A stretch of 64,000 nt of DNA from Candidatus Shapirobacteria bacterium (GTDB lineage Bacteria; Patescibacteriota; Microgenomatia; UBA12405). Numbering within the stretch: the stretch's first letter is position 1; each line of letters opens with the position of its first letter. The notes under the pieces are model-generated. The model was not told the DNA's origin and did no database searches. It saw nothing but the letters and a program-made list of their open reading frames with translations. A program made the translations under genes and the position numbers. Below are positions 8,846 to 18,163 of this stretch, one piece after another. The stretch lies in assembly GCA_041661765.1 (NCBI GenBank), contig JBAZTV010000003.1:79914-143913 (forward strand), read 5' to 3'.

Positions 8846-9988
8846 TTATTTCAAATCCTTTTTTACTCTTTCCAAGATAATATTAAGACTTTTTTCATTA
8901 TTCAAAGCCTCTTTTTTAATTGTCTCTTCAAATTTATTTTCAAAATATTTTGGATCATCTAAATATTGATACAAAAAATTGACCAACTCGCTATTTTTTT
9001 CCCTAACCCATCCCAATTTTTTCTTTTTAATTAAATCAATATTACCATCCTCCTGACCTCCAATATGAGTAATTGCTATAAAAGGTTTTTGACAAGCCAC
9101 ACTATCAAATAAAAAATTAGGACCGGCTTTTCCAAAAACAATATCTGATGCTCCTAGAGCTTCAGCCATATTGTCAATCCATCCCATATTTTTAATAATA
9201 ACCACATCATCTTTTCTCAATTTAGCTAAAATTTTATTGTACCTCTCCACTAAATTATAAGAAAATTTATCAACCCCTGTATTAATTACAAAAGTTACTT
9301 TACTTTTAAGAAAAATTAAAGTCGGCAATAGTTTTGGTAAAGCACTTGTTCCCAAACTCCCACCACCAACAAAAATCACTGGCCTATCATTTTTAATCCC
9401 CAATTTCTTTCTGACTTCTTTTTTGTCAATTTTTTTGTACATTTCTGGCCTCACCCACCAGCCAGTTTTCAAAATCTCATTCTTTTTAATATCATATTTC
9501 AAAGCTAATTTTTCTCCAATTTCATCATAAACTATATTTAAATCACAACCTTTAACAAATGAAATTGGAATAATTGTCCAAGGATCGGCCACTATTGTCC
9601 ATAATTTAAATTTTTTATTTTTTTCTTTTTTCCAATCAGCCAAACTATGAGAATGAACAAAATATGCCGAAATTATTAAATCTGGCTTTATTTTATTAAC
9701 TTCTTTCTTCAACCTTGGTAAATTAAAAACTGTACTTTTTCGCATCAAATCTCTGGCAAATTTCATATCAAAAACCTTACTAGCCCATCGATTTGTTAAT
9801 GGAATATATCGATAAGCAAAAGTATATAAATCGTCACCAACTCCAGTTTCTGCCTTAATTTCAGCATAAACAACCTCGTAATCATTTTCTTTTTCATGTT
9901 CCTTAAGATAGTTAAAAATTGCCTTAGCTATCGACCTATGTCCCCATGGCATGTGATCAGTTAAGACTAAAATCTTTTTCTTTTGCAT
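8846..9988 (-). CDS. glycosyltransferase, MGDG synthase/UgtP-like (GT28)
   Basis: WGHRSIA, VGGGSLG, KAGP, GQEDGN motifs; start set at MQKKK because the longer ORF overlaps a tRNA. Confidence 0.85.
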   Translation of the reverse strand: MQKKKILVLTDHMPWGHRSIAKAIFNYLKEHEKENDYEVVYAEIKAETGVGDDLYTFAYRYIPLTNRWASKVFDMKFARDLMRKSTVFNLPRLKKEVNKIKPDLIISAYFVHSHSLADWKKEKNKKFKLWTIVADPWTIIPISFVKGCDLNIVYDEIGEKLALKYDIKKNEILKTGWWVRPEMYKKIDKKEVRKKLGIKNDRPVIFVGGGSLGTSALPKLLPTLIFLKSKVTFVINTGVDKFSYNLVERYNKILAKLRKDDVVIIKNMGWIDNMAEALGASDIVFGKAGPNFLFDSVACQKPFIAITHIGGQEDGNIDLIKKKKLGWVREKNSELVNFLYQYLDDPKYFENKFEETIKKEALNNEKSLNIILERVKKDLK

Positions 9989-10012
9989 GTTCTTATTATA
10001 TAATACCCTACT

Positions 10013-10086
10013 GCCTAAGTAGCTCAGTTGGTTAGAGCAGCTGTTTTGTAAACAGCAGGTCGTGAGTTCGAATCCCACCTTAGGCT
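10013..10086 (+). tRNA. tRNA-Thr(TGT)
   Basis: Cloverleaf GCCTAAG/CTTAGGC; anticodon arm GCTGT-TTTGTAA-ACAGC; TTCGAAT. Confidence 0.95.
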
Positions 10087-10130
10087 CTTTTTTATTTAAC
10101 TTTTTGATACAATATCAAAGTATCAATTGT

Positions 10131-10203
10131 GCCCGGATAGCTCAGTTGGTAGAGCATCCCCTTGGTAAGGGGAAGGTCATGAATTCGAGTTTCATTCCGG
10201 GCT
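10131..10203 (+). tRNA. tRNA-Thr(GGT)
   Basis: GCCCGGA/TCCGGGC; TCCCC-TTGGTAA-GGGGA. Confidence 0.95.
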
Positions 10204-10247
10204 CATTTTATCTAAAAGGAGGGTATGCCCTCCGAAACTTTAGTGAA

Positions 10248-10330
10248 GGAGGGGTGCTCCGAATGGTAAGGAACTTGTTTTGAAAACAAGCGTCAGTAAT
10301 GACATGTAGGTTCGACTCCTATCCCCTCCG
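10248..10330 (+). tRNA. tRNA-Ser(TGA)
   Basis: GGAGGGG/CCCCTCC-G; CTTGT-TTTGAAA-ACAAG; long variable arm. Confidence 0.93.
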
Positions 10331-10587
10331 CATTATGTCTATCTTTCCATGTAATCTTTACACTATGGTTAGAAACCCCTTACCTTCCCTTGTATTTTTT
10401 CGAAAATTTCAATTTATCGTTTTGACGGCCTGTAACACACGAAATTTTAGCGAAATTCAGTTCAAATAATGCCTAAGGTGTTGGTAAATAGTGTTTATAT
10501 CAAAATAATTTTTTATAAAAATTTATTATTGAAATTTTTTAAAATGTTATAATGGAGACAATATTGATTGTTATATTTTAATAAAAA

Positions 10588-10998
10588 ATGAGTAATCCTA
10601 GAGCTTTTATTAGTTTTGATTTTGACCATAATGAAACGGAAAAATATTTATTTATTGGTCAATCTAAAAATTCCAAAACACCTTTTGATATAGAAGACTG
10701 GTCTTCTAAGTCATCTCTACCTCAAAATCAGTGGGAAAGAATTATTGAAGATAAAATCAATAAATGTAACTTAATGATAGTTTTAGTTGGAAAAAATATG
10801 GCTTCAGCTTCAGGGGTAGCAAAAGAGATCTCTTTTGCTAAAGAAAATAACGTGCCATTTTTTGGAGTTTATGTTGACGATGCAAATACTTCTAATAACT
10901 TACCGTCTGATTTAGCTAGAAACAGAACAACAAACTGGGATTGGGACAATATTGCTTCTGCTATCAAACAAATGATGGAAGAAGGAAAAAATAAATGA
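10588..10998 (+). CDS. TIR-domain protein (ThsB/MTH538-like), type IV Thoeris-like signal generator
   Basis: AFISFD, MIVLVG, GVAKEI with catalytic Glu; 4-nt overlap with caspase gene. Confidence 0.88.
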   Translation: MSNPRAFISFDFDHNETEKYLFIGQSKNSKTPFDIEDWSSKSSLPQNQWERIIEDKINKCNLMIVLVGKNMASASGVAKEISFAKENNVPFFGVYVDDANTSNNLPSDLARNRTTNWDWDNIASAIKQMMEEGKNK

Positions 10999-11933
10999 GA
11001 AAAGCATTAATTGTTGGAATTAACGATTATAAAGATTGTCCACTTTTAGGATGTGTTAATGATGCATCTTCTCTTTCTAGTATTCTTTCAAGTAATGGTG
11101 ATGGTTCCCCAAATTTTGATGTAATGCTTAAAACTGATATAAAAAATAAATCTGAATTAAAAACTCATATAAAAGAGCTATTTGAAGGAAATGTTGAAAC
11201 AGCTCTATTTTATTTTTCTGGTCACGGTTTTTTAAATAATCTTGGTGGATATATAGTAACACCAGATTATCAACCAAACGATGAAGGTGTCTCTATGAAT
11301 GAAATATTAACTTTTGCCAACCAATCGAAAGCACAAAATAAAATTATTATATTAGATTGTTGTCATTCTGGATCATTCGGATCTCCTCCTGAACAATCCG
11401 TTAGTATTTCTCAAATTACAGAGGGTTTGACTATACTTACTGCTAGTAAAGAAAATGAATCTGCTGTTGAAGAAAACGGACATGGAATTTTTACTAATTT
11501 ATTGTTAGGTGCATTAAGAGGTGAAGCATCAGACCTAATGGGTAATATTACTCCTGGAAGTGTATATTCCTATATCGACCAAGCTTTAGGCCCATGGGAT
11601 CAAAGACCAATTTTTAAAACTAATATTACTAAATTTACACCAATAAGAAATATATCCCCATTAATTCCACTTGATATCCTTAGAAAGATAACTTTATATT
11701 TTCCTACACCTCAAGAGGAATTTAAATTAGATCCTTCTTTTGAAGATTCAGATAAAAATGCCGATCTAAATAATGTTGAAATTTTTAAAAACTTACAAAA
11801 ATTTGAGAGAAATGGATTAGTAATACCTGTTGGTGAAGATTATATGTATTATGCTGCAATGAAATCAAAATCTTGTAAATTAACAGCCTTAGGTTGGCGT
11901 TATTGGGCATTAGTAGATAAAAATAGAATTTAA
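10995..11933 (+). CDS. caspase-like protease (peptidase C14), type IV Thoeris-like effector
   Basis: ALIVGIN, YFSGHG and ILDCCHSG His-Cys dyad. Confidence 0.9.
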   Translation: MRKALIVGINDYKDCPLLGCVNDASSLSSILSSNGDGSPNFDVMLKTDIKNKSELKTHIKELFEGNVETALFYFSGHGFLNNLGGYIVTPDYQPNDEGVSMNEILTFANQSKAQNKIIILDCCHSGSFGSPPEQSVSISQITEGLTILTASKENESAVEENGHGIFTNLLLGALRGEASDLMGNITPGSVYSYIDQALGPWDQRPIFKTNITKFTPIRNISPLIPLDILRKITLYFPTPQEEFKLDPSFEDSDKNADLNNVEIFKNLQKFERNGLVIPVGEDYMYYAAMKSKSCKLTALGWRYWALVDKNRI

Positions 11934-11934
11934 T

Positions 11935-13257
11935 TTATTTTATATACAATCTCTTGTTGTGCAATGTAAATTTCGTTTTTATAGCTGATAATACTTGTTG
12001 CCTCTCCTCTACTGTCCCCACTTTTAAGGTATGAACTAGATATTCTTTAACCATATTTTTATCAATATGATTAAAGGCATCATAATCTATTTCTTTTAAG
12101 TTTCCACTTATATATTCTTCATTTAAAACTTCTGTTCTAAGTCGATGAAATCTATCAATATCTTTTTTAAGTTGATGGGCTAATTCAATTTCATTTAGTT
12201 TTAATTCATCAATGTGAGCCATTAATTGTTTAATTAAATCTTCTTCAGTAATATAAGGTTCGCTACATTGGTAATCTATTGATCTAGAGCAGTGATAATA
12301 AACATGTTTTCTAGCATCACCATTTAGAAGTTTCCGATATCTCTCCTCTCCTATTACTGAAGCCCCACAAGAACTACATTTACATAAATGTTTAAATGGG
12401 AAAACATTTTTGTTCCATTCTTTAGCTGGACAAATAAGTTGATATTGAACCTTATCAAATATTTCTTTAGTAATTAATGGTTCGTGATTTCCCTTATATT
12501 TCTTACCATCAAAACTAAATTCACCATAATAAAATGGATTTTTCAAAATGGCATAGATTTTACTTAAAGCAATTGGTTTACCACTTCTGGTAGTAAATCC
12601 AATATCATCCAACCATATTTTTAATACCCTACCACTGTAACCTCTTTCTGATACTTTAGTAAACATTAGTTTTACAGTTGGTGCTCTTTCTTTATCAATC
12701 TCTACATAACTAATTCTATTTTCATTCATTATATTTATATAACCTACAGGAGCCATATTAGGTCGCCATCCAGCTTCACATTTGGCTCTAAGCCCTCTTT
12801 TTACATTAATACCCCTATTATCATTTTCTAGCTTGGCTTGAGAGCATAAAATCATTAGTAAAAACTTTTCATTTGGGTTATTGGAAAATGATTGAGAAAA
12901 AGTCCGAATGGTTTTTAATTTTCCCTGATCCATTAGATCTACTAAGGTTCCAAGATCACCTGCATTTCTGCTCAGTCTATCAGGTGCCCAAGTTAAAATG
13001 GCATCAAATTCTCCACTTCGAATATCTATTAAAAGTTTATTAAAGACTGGTCGAAGCCCTGATGATTTGGCCGAATGACTTTCTTGTCTAACTTCTTTGA
13101 TAATTAATCCATCTCTATTGGCTAAATCCTTCATTTCCTTAATCTGGGAATCGATCGACATGGCTTGTCGCTCATCAGATTCGGTTGATTTACGAGCATA
13201 AAGACAATATTTTGTTTGCTCAATTTCCTGTATCTTTCCATCTTTTTCATTATTCAT
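11935..13257 (-). CDS. large serine recombinase
   Basis: YARKST catalytic Ser, DRLSRN, recombinase domain, CxxC zinc ribbon; start at MNNEK. Confidence 0.93.
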   Translation of the reverse strand: MNNEKDGKIQEIEQTKYCLYARKSTESDERQAMSIDSQIKEMKDLANRDGLIIKEVRQESHSAKSSGLRPVFNKLLIDIRSGEFDAILTWAPDRLSRNAGDLGTLVDLMDQGKLKTIRTFSQSFSNNPNEKFLLMILCSQAKLENDNRGINVKRGLRAKCEAGWRPNMAPVGYINIMNENRISYVEIDKERAPTVKLMFTKVSERGYSGRVLKIWLDDIGFTTRSGKPIALSKIYAILKNPFYYGEFSFDGKKYKGNHEPLITKEIFDKVQYQLICPAKEWNKNVFPFKHLCKCSSCGASVIGEERYRKLLNGDARKHVYYHCSRSIDYQCSEPYITEEDLIKQLMAHIDELKLNEIELAHQLKKDIDRFHRLRTEVLNEEYISGNLKEIDYDAFNHIDKNMVKEYLVHTLKVGTVEERQQVLSAIKTKFTLHNKRLYIK

Positions 13258-13306
13258 GATGGAACTATACCGCAACCATTACAGTAGTCTAGAAGATGAT
13301 TATTAT

Positions 13307-14794
13307 TTAATAAATATCAGACAAGTGACGAGAACCTCGATCATAAAAATTACCTGTCGTAAGGACATACATAGCTGGTGTTGGCTGATTATCTAACTCT
13401 AAAATTTTTAAAATTAATAAAGAAAATGCATCGGCAAGGTCGTCGTGTTTTTCGATTCCAAAACCAACTAATTGAGAAATCAATTCTTCGGCTCCTTTTT
13501 TAGGAAACAAAATTTTTCCTTGTTCAATTAAATGGGTAACTAAAGCTAACCTAGATCTTTTATCCTGCCCATTTACCTTTACTCCTTCACAATGAATATT
13601 ACGACTATTAAGATGTTGAATAATTGATTGTTGGTAACCAACATCTTCGACAAAAATTTTTGATTCTCTACCTAAAATTGCAGATATTTCTTCTATTTTA
13701 GCTACTGTCTGAGGAAAAGTTAGTCTTTGATTTACTGGATTTGGATAAATATATATTTCAAGTTTTTCTTTTCTTCCAAAAACTTTGGCAGTAATCATAG
13801 AGGTAAAATCAGCAGATTCTTTTTGAGAAATTGCCAAATCAATTCCAGTTCCAACCATACGAAAATCTCTTTTATCTCTTTCAATCCCTTCATAATATTT
13901 AATCCATTCTGGATGAACTAATCTATCAGCATCGGAAATAATTTTTAGTAAATACTCGCGATACCAAGCCGAATCTGTCCCTATAGATGCCTTTAATTTA
14001 TTGATAGCTTCCATATTGGGAAATTTTCCAGGCCAAGCAATAATTTCATTATCATCTATTAAAGGATAAGCAAGAAATTTACTATCACTTTGTTTATTCT
14101 TTTCCATCATGGCTTTAAGTCTCATTAATAAACAATCTTCGTGGAGTAAATTGCCGACGATTATAAACTTAGTTGAAATATCACCTATTGGTAGAATCTC
14201 ACCTGTTAACCATTGAAAAGTTTTATCTCTACTTTCTCTGGTTTTTATACTATTAAGGTCTTCAACATCATCACATACAACTAAGTCTGGTCTATATTGA
14301 CCATGTCGAACTCCTCTAATACTTTGTTCAGTTGAGGCAATAGTAATTCGAGCATCAAAATTAGAAAGCACTATTGAAGTAGCACCCCATTCGTCACTAA
14401 CTTCCTGAAATGGACCAATATCATTTTTTAATAATTCATTAGTTTCCAACTCTCTTTTAATATTCGATAAATGTAATCTAGCTTGAGATTGAGTCTGACT
14501 AACAATTAATACAAATTTCTTTTGTTGACAACCAGTTATTGCCCAAATCGGATAAGACAAACTCATAATAGTAGACTTACTTGAACCACGAAATGCAACT
14601 AATACCGCCATTTTTAAATTTATATCTTCAGTAATAGAAAACATTTCATTGTGAAATTGAGCAAAAGGATAACTAATATAATGACTAAAATAGATAGTAA
14701 AAAACCAAAAATGACTGTTTTTGGCTAAGGCTCTTCGAACGGACCTTTTCTTTTTTATTTCAATTAGTTCATTTTCGTTTAATTTTTGAATCAT
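13307..14794 (-). CDS. phage terminase large subunit
   Basis: Walker A AFRGSSKST, RPDLVVCDDVE Walker B, GIDLA and HDDLADA nuclease motifs. Confidence 0.9.
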   Translation of the reverse strand: MIQKLNENELIEIKKKRSVRRALAKNSHFWFFTIYFSHYISYPFAQFHNEMFSITEDINLKMAVLVAFRGSSKSTIMSLSYPIWAITGCQQKKFVLIVSQTQSQARLHLSNIKRELETNELLKNDIGPFQEVSDEWGATSIVLSNFDARITIASTEQSIRGVRHGQYRPDLVVCDDVEDLNSIKTRESRDKTFQWLTGEILPIGDISTKFIIVGNLLHEDCLLMRLKAMMEKNKQSDSKFLAYPLIDDNEIIAWPGKFPNMEAINKLKASIGTDSAWYREYLLKIISDADRLVHPEWIKYYEGIERDKRDFRMVGTGIDLAISQKESADFTSMITAKVFGRKEKLEIYIYPNPVNQRLTFPQTVAKIEEISAILGRESKIFVEDVGYQQSIIQHLNSRNIHCEGVKVNGQDKRSRLALVTHLIEQGKILFPKKGAEELISQLVGFGIEKHDDLADAFSLLILKILELDNQPTPAMYVLTTGNFYDRGSRHLSDIY

Positions 14795-15207
14795 TTTTGT
14801 TTTTCTTCAATTAATTCCGGTAAATTTTCAGGTAAAACTGAAGCAAGTTTTAAGGCTTTCATCACTAAAGCTTCTTGTTCTGGAGTTAATTGTTCATCAT
14901 CATGTTTCAATTTGGCGGTTACTTCTATTTTGGTGGCATAAGCTTGATGATGGTTTTTTAACCAAAAAATTATCGCAGTTAAATTTTTATCCCTAATAGC
15001 ACTCATTAATTGAGATTCAGCCATATCATTTACTAATTCATTACCATCCAAAAGAGCTTCGTCTACTTGAGTAGAAAAATTTTCATCATCTTTTTTCCAG
15101 CGATAAAAAGTGGCCCGACCAACACTTACTTTTTCACAAGCTATTTGAATAATTGGTGTTTTTTTTAATTGTTCAATTAATAATTGTTTGTTTTTGTCAG
15201 TTTTCAT
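14791..15207 (-). CDS. putative terminase small subunit (HTH)
   Basis: ACEKVSVGRATFYRWKK HTH; directly upstream of and overlapping TerL. Confidence 0.75.
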   Translation of the reverse strand: MKTDKNKQLLIEQLKKTPIIQIACEKVSVGRATFYRWKKDDENFSTQVDEALLDGNELVNDMAESQLMSAIRDKNLTAIIFWLKNHHQAYATKIEVTAKLKHDDEQLTPEQEALVMKALKLASVLPENLPELIEEKQK

Positions 15208-15935
15208 ATTTTTTTTAGTTTTTTAAAACGATCAATAATTACTTGACAATATTCTGGATCTATTTCAACCATTAGACATTTTCTTTTTGTTTGTTCACAA
15301 GCAATCAAGGTCGACCCCGAACCACCAAAACAGTCATAAACATAATCACCAATTTGGGAACTGTTTAGGATTAAATGACGAAGAAGTGAAATTGGTTTCA
15401 TGGTTGGGTGAAGTGGACTTTTATTAGGTTTTGGAAAAGCTAAAACACTTTTATCTTTACTTTTAAAAAACTGATGAGTACCATACCAACCATAAACTAT
15501 TAATTCATGTTGAGGCAAGTAATCCATTCTTCCAATAACTGCATGATTTTTGACCCAAATTAATAACTGACAAAATTTAAAATTCGAGTCATCTAAAGCA
15601 TTTTTTAAAGCAAACAACATTCGATCAGAATTAAAAATATAGTAGGTATTTTTGGGTGACAAAAACGGTTTAACAATCTCTAACCATTGCTGAGTAAATT
15701 GTTTATACGATTGTTCAGATTGAACCTGGTCGTTGGCAATTATTTTTCTATCTTTTTTTGACTTTGCAAAGCAATTTTTACTCTCAACATAAGCAACACC
15801 ATAAGGAACATCTGTTAATATTAACTTGATTTTTTTATCTGCTAATAATTTTTCTACAGATGATTTATCAGTGGCATCACCACACAAAAGTAGATGATCT
15901 CCGAGAGCAATTAAGTCTCCTTTTTTAATTAACAT
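15204..15935 (-). CDS. DNA N6-A/N4-C methyltransferase
   Basis: TDVPY, HPTMKP, DCFGGSGST motifs. Confidence 0.9.
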   Translation of the reverse strand: MLIKKGDLIALGDHLLLCGDATDKSSVEKLLADKKIKLILTDVPYGVAYVESKNCFAKSKKDRKIIANDQVQSEQSYKQFTQQWLEIVKPFLSPKNTYYIFNSDRMLFALKNALDDSNFKFCQLLIWVKNHAVIGRMDYLPQHELIVYGWYGTHQFFKSKDKSVLAFPKPNKSPLHPTMKPISLLRHLILNSSQIGDYVYDCFGGSGSTLIACEQTKRKCLMVEIDPEYCQVIIDRFKKLKKI

Positions 15936-17202
15936 ACTTTACCTCCTGACCAGTTAATTTTTTATAACGGGAAACAATTAGGTCACAAAATATTGGTTCA
16001 TATTCAACCATTAAACATTTCCGTTTTAATTGTTCACAAGCAATAAGTGTAGAACCTGATCCACCAAACAAATCAACAACAGTATCGCCAATATTAGTAC
16101 ACCTTCTCAGGGCTCTTTCGTGAAGTGTTGGGCTTTTTTCAGTTGGATGTTCATAATCACCTCCGGGTAATCTTTTAACTAACCAAATATTGAGTAAATC
16201 CAAAATGTCGTCTATTGTCCTATTTCCTGAGCCAATTTCTTTGTTTAAAATTTCATTTAAGTTTTTCGGATTTTCCGAAATTGTTGGTTTACCAATTACC
16301 CCATAGATACAAGCTTCGTAACTTTTATTAAAAGCAATGTTAGGTGTAGGTGAAAAACCATTTTTAATCCATAAACAAACCCTTTTGTTTTCTATTCCGA
16401 TTTCTTTATATAAATCTTGAATTAGGCCGATATGATTTTCGTCGTTCCAATAAAAAATATGACAATCTGGCTTGGAGATTGTTAAAACATTTTGAATTGT
16501 CTTTTTCAAAAACTCTTTATATTCATCATCAGTTTTATTATCATTGGTTTGTCCACCATATTTTCCCTTACCACCAATTCCTTTATTGTAATCCAAAGAA
16601 ATATTATAGGGTGGGTCACAATAGACCATAGATACGGACTTATTTGATGTTAATTTTTCAACAACTTTTAAATCAGTACTATCTCCACAAACCAATAGAT
16701 GTTGACCAAGTTGGATAATGTCTCCTAATTTTGTTTTTGGAATTTTTATTTTTTCTAATTCTTTTTCTGTGTCAAAATTATCATCCTCAGTTTCAAGATT
16801 TTCATCCCAAATTTTAGATAAATCATTATTGTCAAAACCAATGTCCATCAGCATTTCAATTTGAAAATTTTTTAGAAGTTCAAAATTCCAATCACCAGTG
16901 TTGCGATTTAATCTAAGGTTCAATTCTTTTTCCTTTTCAACATCTGGGACATTGACATAAACTACTGGCACCTCTGCAAAACCTAACTGTTTTGCTATCT
17001 CTAATCTAAAATGTCCACCAATAACAATATTCTTACGATTTATTGCAGAATTCGCAATAATGGGATCTATTAACCCAAATTTTTTAATACTTTGCTTTAG
17101 TCCGCTTATTGCTTCATCAGACCATTTTCTTGGATTGTATGATGATGGTTTTAAATCTTTGACAGGTATATAGATGACTTTGAGTTGGGTTCTTTGATTC
17201 AT
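15925..17202 (-). CDS. ParB-like N-terminal domain + DNA methyltransferase
   Basis: YNPR..GGHFR ParB/Srx domain; DPPY, HPTEK, DLFGGSGST. Confidence 0.9.
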   Translation of the reverse strand: MNQRTQLKVIYIPVKDLKPSSYNPRKWSDEAISGLKQSIKKFGLIDPIIANSAINRKNIVIGGHFRLEIAKQLGFAEVPVVYVNVPDVEKEKELNLRLNRNTGDWNFELLKNFQIEMLMDIGFDNNDLSKIWDENLETEDDNFDTEKELEKIKIPKTKLGDIIQLGQHLLVCGDSTDLKVVEKLTSNKSVSMVYCDPPYNISLDYNKGIGGKGKYGGQTNDNKTDDEYKEFLKKTIQNVLTISKPDCHIFYWNDENHIGLIQDLYKEIGIENKRVCLWIKNGFSPTPNIAFNKSYEACIYGVIGKPTISENPKNLNEILNKEIGSGNRTIDDILDLLNIWLVKRLPGGDYEHPTEKSPTLHERALRRCTNIGDTVVDLFGGSGSTLIACEQLKRKCLMVEYEPIFCDLIVSRYKKLTGQEVKYVN

Positions 17203-17254
17203 ATAAACCAAAGTTACCACCACATAAATCAGGTGTATAAGGCATTAATGAAGT

Positions 17255-18001
17255 CTAATTAATGCCAGTTTTTTGTTTATATCTTTTAATAAAGCTACCA
17301 ACATCCTCATATCCATAATCTTTGCCATATTTTTCTGATAAAACATCTGCAATTTTTTCATAGGACATTCCTGATTGTTTTAATTTATATGCTTCACAAT
17401 CTCTTTCAAACATTTTAATCGGTTGAAATTTATCAGTAGTTTTATCCCCTAATTTTTTTTGTTCAAGCATTACATATGGCCAGATGTTTTTTATATCCTC
17501 CAATGTAGTGTTTGCATTTAATTCGAGTGATAATTTTCTAAATTCATCTTCCCATCCAAATACTAGTGATAAATTACCAATTGGTGGAGACATATTATCT
17601 ATGTCATTAAATAAAAGATACATTTTGATTGAATTTTCCCAACTTTTAGATAACTTATATTTTTTGATTAAGCTTAAAATATCATTTCTAAAATTATTTA
17701 TGGGTACTTGATCATTAAATTTTTTATTAGCCTGTTCTTTTTCTGTCCAGTTACCATCTTTGGCCAATTTTTCTTCAAGATCTCTTTCTTGAGACCAATT
17801 ATCATCAGAGTATTTTCCCGACACTTCGTTTAACCAATCTTGCCATTCATGACTTTTTTGTTCATTATCAAAACCTTTGGTTTTAATATTCCATTTTTCC
17901 CTTAATTCTAAAATGTCATGTAAAAAATCTGATCTGGAAGTTAAAATTAGAATTTTTTGCTTTATTCTTTGGCTCTGTTTTTTAAAATAATCCTTGGTCA
18001 T
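17255..18001 (-). CDS. hypothetical protein with C-terminal HTH
   Basis: GMSYEKIADVL HTH-like tail; first gene of the terminase operon. Confidence 0.65.
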   Translation of the reverse strand: MTKDYFKKQSQRIKQKILILTSRSDFLHDILELREKWNIKTKGFDNEQKSHEWQDWLNEVSGKYSDDNWSQERDLEEKLAKDGNWTEKEQANKKFNDQVPINNFRNDILSLIKKYKLSKSWENSIKMYLLFNDIDNMSPPIGNLSLVFGWEDEFRKLSLELNANTTLEDIKNIWPYVMLEQKKLGDKTTDKFQPIKMFERDCEAYKLKQSGMSYEKIADVLSEKYGKDYGYEDVGSFIKRYKQKTGIN

Positions 18002-18163
18002 GTATATATTATATGAAAAAAATTATAAACTTTATTGAAATTTGGATCTTTACCGATTTTTAGCTCTAACTTTTAGTATATAATGTAATCAAATGTTTGC
18101 TAATAATGGGTATAAATTATTAGACTTCTAATCTTTTAAAAAATGGGTAATCAATAATAATAA

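Noticed and set aside
9989-10283. N-terminal extension of the glycosyltransferase and ORF 10062-10283
   Set aside because: Both overlap clear tRNA genes
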